A stretch of 16,151 nucleotides of DNA from Candidatus Hadarchaeales archaeon. GTDB taxonomy: Archaea > Hadarchaeota > Hadarchaeia > Hadarchaeales > JAWBSP01. Positions 7,149 through 13,680 of this stretch are shown one piece after another. Where the stretch lies: contig JAWBSP010000023.1 of NCBI GenBank assembly GCA_038842485.1, positions 1 through 16,151 on the forward strand, in the 5' to 3' direction. Every line of letters begins with the position of its first letter. Within the stretch, counting starts at the first letter, position 1. Position numbers and translations under genes: made by a program. The notes under the pieces were generated by a model. It had not been told where the DNA came from, searched no databases, and saw only the letters and a program-made list of their open reading frames with translations.

Positions 7149-8418
7149 ACTGCGAACTTTGCTCGAGGACCAAAGGGCGGAGCTGGAGGAGAAGGTGAGG
7201 GGAACGAAGGTGGTAGAAAGAGAATTCGTGCATGCCGCGAGGGAGAGGGCAAGAAGCGGTTTGGCAAAGGTGATCACCGGGGTGAGAAGGGCAGGGAAGT
7301 CTTTCTTTACCTACCTACTACTGAAGGATAACTTCGCCTACGCAAATTTTGACGACAGGCTCCTCTCAACCGCCGAACACGAGCAAATTCTTTCCGCGCT
7401 CCTCGAGCTTTACGGGCAGACCAAGACGATTTTCCTGGACGAGGTTCAAAACCTCGAGGGCTGGGAGCTGTTCGTAAACAGATTGCTGAGGGGGGACTAT
7501 AACGTTTTTGTAACCGGTTCGAGCGCCAGACTCCTGAGCAGGGAGCTCTCAACCCATCTGACGGGAAGGCATCTCCCCCTAGAAATCTTCCCTTTCAGCT
7601 TCAGGGAGTACCTCGTCTCGTTGAACTTCAAGGAGGATCTTGGCACGAGCAGGGGACAGGCGCTCGCAAGGAGGGCCCTTTTAGACTATCTCGCTTCCGG
7701 TGGATTTCCCGAGGTGGTCGCTAGGGGTGAGAATCCCAAGCTTTACCTCAGGCAGCTCTTCGAGGACATAGTTGAAAAGGACATCATTGCCCGTTACAAG
7801 GTCAGGCACGATGCGGCCTTCAGGGAAATGGCGAGGACGTTGCTCGCTCAAGTTGGCAAACCGGTGAGTTTTCACAGACTCAAGAACCTCTTCGGGCTCG
7901 GAAGCGACCACACCGCAAAGGATTACCTCCTCTATCTCCAAGAGGGGTACCTGTTGCTCCCCCTGAGCAGGTTCTCCTTCAAACCAGCTGAAATAGAGAG
8001 GAGCTTCAAGAAGGTTTACACGGTCGACCCTGGCTTCCTCACACACGTCGCTCTTCTTCCCTCAGAGTCGCTCGGGGACAGGCTCGAAAACCTTGTGGCT
8101 GTTGAGCTCATGAGAAGGAAGAGTTACTTCAGACCGGGGCTCGAACTATTCTATTTCAGGGTGAACCAGGGAGAGGTGGACTTTCTCTTGAGAGAGGGGC
8201 TCAGGGTCGTTCAGCTCATCCAGGCTACCTTCGCCAGTTCAAGGGAGGAGGTGGAGAAAAGGGAAGTAAAATCGCTCCTCGAGGCCTCAGAACTTCTGGA
8301 CTGCAGAGATTTGCTCGTGATAACCTGGGACTATGAGGGGGAGGAGGAAAGGGATGGGAAGAAAATAGTCTTCAAGCCGGCGTGGAAGTGGCTCCTGGAA
8401 ATCCGATCCACAGGTTGA
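7144..8418 (+). CDS. COG1373 AAA+ ATPase (AAA_14 + HTH-like region + DUF4143), second paralog
   Basis: Walker A GVRRAGKS, YANFDD, Walker B IFLDEVQ, VTGSSA, LTGR, PFSFREY, GGFPE, KKVYTVDPG, LENLVA, EVDFLL...LIQAT, C-terminal PAWKWLL. Confidence 0.92.
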   Translation: MKLRTLLEDQRAELEEKVRGTKVVEREFVHAARERARSGLAKVITGVRRAGKSFFTYLLLKDNFAYANFDDRLLSTAEHEQILSALLELYGQTKTIFLDEVQNLEGWELFVNRLLRGDYNVFVTGSSARLLSRELSTHLTGRHLPLEIFPFSFREYLVSLNFKEDLGTSRGQALARRALLDYLASGGFPEVVARGENPKLYLRQLFEDIVEKDIIARYKVRHDAAFREMARTLLAQVGKPVSFHRLKNLFGLGSDHTAKDYLLYLQEGYLLLPLSRFSFKPAEIERSFKKVYTVDPGFLTHVALLPSESLGDRLENLVAVELMRRKSYFRPGLELFYFRVNQGEVDFLLREGLRVVQLIQATFASSREEVEKREVKSLLEASELLDCRDLLVITWDYEGEEERDGKKIVFKPAWKWLLEIRSTG

Positions 8419-8474
8419 TGAGGGTCGAGATCTCAAATCGTTTCCCCAAGAGTGGGGACTTCGAACGTTCGCCA

Positions 8475-8717
8475 TCATTCAACGTTGGACCTGATGCCCC
8501 TGATGAGCTCCACTCTGGCCCCTCGCTCCCGACAGAAGTGGGCTATCTGCAGGGCGATGTCCAGTCTCTCGGCCCTCACGACGCTGTACTGAATCAACTC
8601 CACCAGACCCTGCGATTTTAGGCGCTCTAGAAGGCGGTAGAGGCCCCGTGGAGCCTTGCCCCTGAAATCGTAAATCACGTAGTGGCGAACGTTCGCCACC
8701 CCCGCTCTCTTCATCAT
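8475..8717 (-). CDS. Stand-alone Cas2/VapD-like small protein (ferredoxin-like fold predicted)
   Basis: 80 aa. HYVIYDF at the N-terminus and ELIQYSVV in mid-protein match Cas2 'hhhYD' and 'QxSV' signatures. TTATAAA at 8745-8751 on the - strand is about 28 bp upstream. Alternative GTG start at 8699. Confidence 0.65.
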   Translation of the reverse strand: MMKRAGVANVRHYVIYDFRGKAPRGLYRLLERLKSQGLVELIQYSVVRAERLDIALQIAHFCRERGARVELIRGIRSNVE

Positions 8718-8752
8718 CTCTCGCTTGGTTTTGAGCGAGAGTTCTTTATAAG
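8718..8752 (-). promoter_or_regulatory. TATA box plus 8-bp inverted repeat between TATA and start of the Cas2-like gene
   Basis: CTCTCGCT (8718-8725) N8 AGCGAGAG (8734-8741), followed by TTTATAAG at 8745-8752. Confidence 0.55.
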
Positions 8753-9039
8753 CAGGTAAATTCGAGCAGTGTACACATACATGCCCGCACCCGCATTCAT
8801 GGATAAGAATACCGACGGGAGATTTGATCTAAACACATACGGGGAGCTCTGGATCTTGTAAGGGATTTGGATTGCGAACGTTCGCAGACCCTTCCTTCAC
8901 TTGAAGGCCTAGTTCCCTGAGTTATGCATGCGTTTTCGAGTAAGATCAGCGGCCAGAACCCTGCGACACTTGGCTGGAGGAGGAAAGGGCGAAAGTAGGC
9001 GAGAATTGGCTGACGAAAGTTGGGGCTTGCCGGGTTCTT

Positions 9040-9432
9040 TCAAATCCATTCCCACCCCGCTGGCAGGTTGAGGAGCAGGTAGCCGTAGAGGACGAAGAGG
9101 AGATAGGCGAGCAGGCAGTAGAGGAAGTACCTTCGGGTGAGGGATGCTTGGAGGATGACCACCGTGAGGAGGGAGAGACCGCTCAGGCAGGTGACCTTAT
9201 CCCTGGTTGCCACTCCGAGGAGCCAGAGGATCAAGCCGTAGGAGAGCAATCCTCCCCTCGCGAGTGCCCCGAAGATCCCCTCCCTTCTCCTGTAGGCGAG
9301 TGCTCTTTCCCTCTCCTCCCAGTGGGCGAGGACTAGGGAGTGGAAATATTCCTTCAGGACTAAGGAGAGAAGGCCCAGGTAGAGGAGATAGGAGGGCCAA
9401 CCCGTGAGCAGGAAAGTTAGGTTTACGGTCAT
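9040..9432 (-). CDS. Integral membrane protein (about 4 TM), last gene of MoxR operon
   Basis: ATG 9432 (MTVNLTFLL...) overlaps the upstream stop as ATGA. The longer listed ORF (to 10002) overlaps the real upstream gene. Confidence 0.75.
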   Translation of the reverse strand: MTVNLTFLLTGWPSYLLYLGLLSLVLKEYFHSLVLAHWEERERALAYRRREGIFGALARGGLLSYGLILWLLGVATRDKVTCLSGLSLLTVVILQASLTRRYFLYCLLAYLLFVLYGYLLLNLPAGWEWI

Positions 9433-10175
9433 CCCAAGAGGAGTGGCACGGTAAGAAAGAGGGCGAAGGTCAGGCCCATCATCCCCAGCCAGCCGGGGAT
9501 GGAGTTCAGCTCGGCGCTCTGCAGGAGGTAAACGGAGGGGGAGAACTGGCGGAGGATGGTCAGGTTGAGGGTGAGGTCCGCGGCTAGGTAGAAGAGACCC
9601 AAGTAGAGGAAGAGGTGGGCGAACCTCAGCGGTCTGGCCAGGTAGGGGCTCACCTGTCCCTTCACCTCCTTCATGAACCTGTGCTCCCTGGAACCCATCC
9701 CGGTCACCCAGAAGTAGAGGGAGAAGGGGAAGAGGAGCTCCCTGAAGCTGAGCCAGACCAGCGAGGGTTCGAGCCTCCCCCAGCCCGGCATGAGCCAGGC
9801 CCAGGTGGCTGTGAGGACGAGGAAGCAGAGCCAGCGGTGGCTGGGTCTCCAAACGGCCTCGGCTAGCAGGAGGAAGAGCAGGAGGGAGAGCGTCTCCCTG
9901 CTCACCGAGGTCACTCTTTCCCCCACCAAAACCGGGAGGGAGGAGAAGAGGAACCATAGAGTCGGCAAGAGGGCTGCCTTGGCGAGCGGGGGAATCCTCC
10001 ACTTCCTAACCCAGAGCCAGAGAAGGAAGGGGGAGAGGAGAAAGGTGGAGAGGAACCCAAACCGGAAGAATCCTGGGCTCAGGGGGAGAGAGGGGGGAAG
10101 CCAGGGCTCGAGCTTGCTCACCATCCAGCCGCAGAGGAGGAGCGAGAGGATGTCGTACTCGTTGGGCGCCCTCAA
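9429..10175 (-). CDS. Polytopic membrane protein, unknown function
   Basis: 248 aa, multiple Leu/Phe/Trp-rich helices; 4-bp overlaps with both neighbours. Confidence 0.75.
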   Translation of the reverse strand: MRAPNEYDILSLLLCGWMVSKLEPWLPPSLPLSPGFFRFGFLSTFLLSPFLLWLWVRKWRIPPLAKAALLPTLWFLFSSLPVLVGERVTSVSRETLSLLLFLLLAEAVWRPSHRWLCFLVLTATWAWLMPGWGRLEPSLVWLSFRELLFPFSLYFWVTGMGSREHRFMKEVKGQVSPYLARPLRFAHLFLYLGLFYLAADLTLNLTILRQFSPSVYLLQSAELNSIPGWLGMMGLTFALFLTVPLLLG

Positions 10176-11461
10176 GTCATGGCCACCCCCAGCCTCTTCC
10201 TCTCGAGCACCGCCTTCATGACCTTCGGGAGGAAGTCGCGCGGGCCCACCTTCACGCAGTCCACCCCCAGCTTCTCCAGTTCCACCTCCACCCTCCTGTA
10301 CGCGCGTTCCATCTCCTCGATGAGGGCGGACTGCACCGGGGCAAGAATCTCGGGTTCCTGTGGTTCAGCCTCGAAGAGCGGGGTAAAGGGGCAGACCAGT
10401 AGAAGCTGGTGTCCCCTCCCCCTGAGCTTCTTCACCGCTTCCTTCAGATTCTCTAGGTCCATCTCCAGATCCGTGAGGAGCAGCACGAGCATGGAGCGCT
10501 TGGTTGAGCGGCAGATGAAGTTGGCTAGCTCCTGGTAGGACTTTCCACCCTCCGCCCGCACCCCCGTGAGGAGTTCCAGCATCCGGTGGAAGTGCTCCCT
10601 GCCCTTCCCCGGTTTCAGGTAGCCCAGCACCCGGTCCGAGAAGGAAACCGCCCCGTACGAATCCCCCCTCTCCTCGGCCACCCTGGCGAGCAGCATGCAG
10701 GCGCTCACGGCGTACTCCAGCTTGGTGACGGGTTCCCGCCCCCCGCTCATGGTCCAGCTCGAGTCCAGGCAGAAAAGAAGGGTGATGTTCCTCTCCGCCT
10801 CATACTCCCTGGACATCAGCCTTGAGTACCTGGCCAGGTGCCTCCAAGAAATCTTCCTGAACTCGTCGGTGGGCACGTACTCCCTTATCGCCCTGAAGTC
10901 CCCTCCCAGTCCGGCCTGCCTCGTGCGGTGGGGTCCGTAAAGCTTTCCCAGCTGCCTGGACTTCCCCCTGAGTTCCAGTTTTCTCACCTCCTCGTAGCTC
11001 GGGCGGATGGTGAGTTCTTGGGGCGGCTGGATCTCGACCGCATCCTCGAAGAGCCCGAATCTATCCCTCAGCCTGCACCACAGTCCGACCTTGTATCTCC
11101 CCCTTTTCGCCCTGAACTTGTACTCCCTCCAGTACCTCCCGGGCTTGAGGAAGATCCTAGAGCTCACGTCCGGCGGGAGGAAGCGATCCTCGACCTCGAA
11201 CAGGTCCGGGTAGAAAAGCCCCCTGGCCCTTAGCCTCCCCTCCACCGGTCTGTCGGCGAAGAGCTTGGTGTGCTCAAACTCCCGCCTCACCACTCTCTTC
11301 ACCAGCGCACGCTTGAGGGAGAGGTCGAAGAGGGGAGGGAGGAAGCCGAGCCAGAGCAGCATGCCGGCGAAGAAGAAGCCGGGTTTGTTGAGGAACAGGC
11401 TCAGGAGGAAGTAGGAGAGACCGACCAGGAAAACGGTGTAGAACCCCCTAGTGGGTCTCAT
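10172..11461 (-). CDS. DUF58 / vWA-domain protein (MoxR partner)
   Basis: N-terminal TM pair, KRGRY, GGDFRAIREYVPTDEFRKISWR, SREYEAE, MIDAS-like LDSSWTM, TKLEYA, LLLTDL. Confidence 0.92.
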   Translation of the reverse strand: MRPTRGFYTVFLVGLSYFLLSLFLNKPGFFFAGMLLWLGFLPPLFDLSLKRALVKRVVRREFEHTKLFADRPVEGRLRARGLFYPDLFEVEDRFLPPDVSSRIFLKPGRYWREYKFRAKRGRYKVGLWCRLRDRFGLFEDAVEIQPPQELTIRPSYEEVRKLELRGKSRQLGKLYGPHRTRQAGLGGDFRAIREYVPTDEFRKISWRHLARYSRLMSREYEAERNITLLFCLDSSWTMSGGREPVTKLEYAVSACMLLARVAEERGDSYGAVSFSDRVLGYLKPGKGREHFHRMLELLTGVRAEGGKSYQELANFICRSTKRSMLVLLLTDLEMDLENLKEAVKKLRGRGHQLLLVCPFTPLFEAEPQEPEILAPVQSALIEEMERAYRRVEVELEKLGVDCVKVGPRDFLPKVMKAVLERKRLGVAMT

Positions 11462-12396
11462 CCCTTGAGGCGCGGGACCTCCACCGAGGATTCGATGGAT
11501 CTTATGACATCCAAGACGCTCTTCCCCTCCAGCTCCGCCTCCGGCCTGAGGATGAGCCTGTGGTTCAGCACGGGGATCAGCATGGCCTTGACATCGTCAG
11601 GGATCACGAAGTCCCTTCCCCGGAGGGCGGCATGGACCCTGGAGGTGAGCTGGAGGGAGAGGGAGGCTCTGGGGCTCGCACCCAGCAGGAGGTCGGGACT
11701 CTTGCGGGTCCTGAGCACGAGCTCCGCGATGTAGTTCCTGATGGAGGGATCCACGTAAACCTTCTCCACCTCCTTCGAGAGCCTCACGATTTCCCGCGCA
11801 GAGGTGACGGGTTTGACTTCCTTCTCTCTTTCCTTCAGCTCGAGGATTTGGAGCTCCTCTTCCTTGCTGGGGTAGTCCACAAGGATCTTCATCAGGAAGC
11901 GGTCCACCTGTGCCTCGGGAAGGGGATAGGTTCCCTCGAGCTCTATCGGGTTCTGGGTGGCTAGGACGATGAAGGGGGAGGGGAGGGGATAGGTCTTCCC
12001 CTCAACCGTCACCTGTCTCTCCTGCATGCACTCGAGCAGGGCGGACTGGGTCTTGGGAGGGGAGCGGTTCACCTCGTCCGCCAAGACGACGTTTGCGAAG
12101 ATGGGCCCCTCTCTGAAGACGAACTCTCCCGTCCGCTGGATGTACACGTTGGAGCCCAGGATGTCCATCGGGAGGAGATCCGGGGTGAACTGGATGCGTT
12201 TGAACTTGCAGCCCAGAGCGGCGCTGAAATTCTTGGCTATATGGGTCTTGGCTATCCCGGGCACTCCCTCCAGCAGAACGTGCCCCCCCGCGAGGAGGGA
12301 GATGAAGATCTTCTCCACCACGTCCTGCTTCCCCACCACCACCTTCGAAAGCTCCCTGCTGAGGCGCTCCCAGAGGTGTTTTATCGCCTCGACCAT
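11458..12396 (-). CDS. moxR: MoxR-family AAA+ ATPase
   Basis: GGHVLLEGVPGIAKT, RIQFTPDLLPMDILG, GPIFANVVLADEVNRSPPKTQSALLECMQE, ATQNPIELEGTYPLPEAQVDRF, GASPRA, PDDVK, HRL. Confidence 0.97.
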   Translation of the reverse strand: MVEAIKHLWERLSRELSKVVVGKQDVVEKIFISLLAGGHVLLEGVPGIAKTHIAKNFSAALGCKFKRIQFTPDLLPMDILGSNVYIQRTGEFVFREGPIFANVVLADEVNRSPPKTQSALLECMQERQVTVEGKTYPLPSPFIVLATQNPIELEGTYPLPEAQVDRFLMKILVDYPSKEEELQILELKEREKEVKPVTSAREIVRLSKEVEKVYVDPSIRNYIAELVLRTRKSPDLLLGASPRASLSLQLTSRVHAALRGRDFVIPDDVKAMLIPVLNHRLILRPEAELEGKSVLDVIRSIESSVEVPRLKG

Positions 12397-13679
12397 TCCT
12401 CGACGCTCCTCTCAACTTCCCTCAGGTTGCTTATCAGCCTCTTAGCGGTTTCCACGTCCACCCTGAGCACACCCTGCTCCACCAGATGGCCGATTCTCAC
12501 GGTTTCCGCCACCCTCTCGAACTCCTTGGGAAGACGCTCGCGCAGAGTCTCCAGGATCTCTCTGGGGGAGGGTTCGGTCCCCAGCAGCCTGCCGCACTTC
12601 CGCAGGAAGTGTCTGTAGCAGGCGAGGAAGGGGAGGGAGAAGTCGGCCTTGGTGCTCGATTTCGAGGCCTTGGTGTATCTCTCCATCTCCTGCATGAGTC
12701 TCCCCCTTGGTTTGGCGGGCGGCTTAACCCTCCCCGCCCGGCCTGCATAAACCGCGGCCGCCACCAGCCCGAGTGAGAGGAGGAAGAACTTGTCGGTGAG
12801 CCAGGCCGACCAGAGCCAGAGCTCCGGCCTGTGACCCGAGTGGGTGAGGTCGAGGAGAACCGTCTTCCTCTCCATTCCCCCCAGCGGCGTGGAGGTTTCC
12901 ACCTTGGTGGCCCATTCCAGCAGCGATTGGACGAAGTACCGGTTGCTCTGGATGATGTTGTTGATGAAGATTCCCGGATCCGCGATGAGCACGAGCCTTC
13001 CTCCACTGGAAAAGTTTCCGGCGATGATCACGGGATAGGAGCCAGAGGGCTCATCCGGGTCCTGTGCGCCGTTCCGGTTCTTGTCTGGGTAGGCCTGGGG
13101 GGTGGTCAGGGCCTTGGAGGTTACGTTGAGCGTGCCGAGCCCAGCAACCGGCTCGATGACCTCGACAATCCTGCCCCCTAGGATCAGCCTCCTGCCCTCG
13201 ATATAGGAGGGGTAGTTGGTGAGGATGGCGGAGACGCCAGAGAAGATCTCCCCTTCCAGGTTCCTCAGCACGACGAAGTCGGGCCTCCTCTCGTAGCTCC
13301 CGGGATCCCTGAGGAGGTAGTTGGAGATTTTCACCCCGAAGTTCAGGGTATTTCCCGTCCCCTCCACATCCGCGACTAGGATGAGGGTTCCCCCGCCGGC
13401 TAGGAAGTTGATCAGCTGCGTTCGTTCCCAGTCGGAGAAGGGTTCGGTGGGGCCGAGGGTGATCAGGACCGCTCCTCGGTACTGGGCGAGGACGGAGTAA
13501 TCGGTGGTGAGGAGCTTGGCCCTGTAATCCCTCTGGAGGAACTCCCAGAACTGCGAGCACCCCTTCCATCCCCCGTCAAAGGGCCCGTAGGCGGAGGGCA
13601 GAGCTGAGGGCCCCTCCCTGGTGCTCAGCAGAATCAGGGCCGCGAGGGCCAGCAGGAGCAGGGCAGTCTTCTTCCCCAC
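12381..13679 (-). CDS. DUF4350-like membrane-anchored protein
   Basis: N-terminal signal/TM, GWKGCSQF, GPTEPFS..E...L..FLAGGGTLILVAD, GRLVLIADPGIFINN, second TM, cytoplasmic tail. Position is typical of MoxR loci. GTG start. Confidence 0.8.
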   Translation of the reverse strand: MGKKTALLLLALAALILLSTREGPSALPSAYGPFDGGWKGCSQFWEFLQRDYRAKLLTTDYSVLAQYRGAVLITLGPTEPFSDWERTQLINFLAGGGTLILVADVEGTGNTLNFGVKISNYLLRDPGSYERRPDFVVLRNLEGEIFSGVSAILTNYPSYIEGRRLILGGRIVEVIEPVAGLGTLNVTSKALTTPQAYPDKNRNGAQDPDEPSGSYPVIIAGNFSSGGRLVLIADPGIFINNIIQSNRYFVQSLLEWATKVETSTPLGGMERKTVLLDLTHSGHRPELWLWSAWLTDKFFLLSLGLVAAAVYAGRAGRVKPPAKPRGRLMQEMERYTKASKSSTKADFSLPFLACYRHFLRKCGRLLGTEPSPREILETLRERLPKEFERVAETVRIGHLVEQGVLRVDVETAKRLISNLREVERSVEEWSRR

Positions 13680-13680
13680 C

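Larger units (their letters stand above)
8462..8886. repeat. Three dispersed CGAACGTTCG palindromes
   Basis: CGAACGTTCG at 8462-8471, GTGGCGAACGTTCGCCAC at 8682-8699 (18-bp perfect), TGCGAACGTTCGCA at 8873-8886 (14-bp perfect). Confidence 0.95.
3043..9039. other. Accessory/defence-type island between convergent gene blocks
   Basis: Visibly more AT-rich, long intergenic spacers, several pseudogenes, TA and ATPase genes. No integrase or transposase visible. Confidence 0.65.

Noticed and set aside
8462-8886. CGAACGTTCG copies as a mini-CRISPR beside cas2
   Set aside because: Repeats are only 10-18 bp, spaced 224 and 189 bp apart, and two lie in coding sequence; no cas1.
8982-9020. Hammerhead ribozyme (GAAA and CTGACGA at 9010-9016)
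   Set aside because: Stems I-III cannot be built around the core with the required spacing.
3043-9039. Island as an intact provirus, IS or casposon
   Set aside because: No integrase, transposase, polymerase, capsid gene, terminal inverted repeats or tRNA target seen.
9433-10002. N-terminal extension of the 320-aa ORF 9040-10002
   Set aside because: It overlaps the 248-aa membrane gene out of frame; ATG 9432 with ATGA coupling is the better start.
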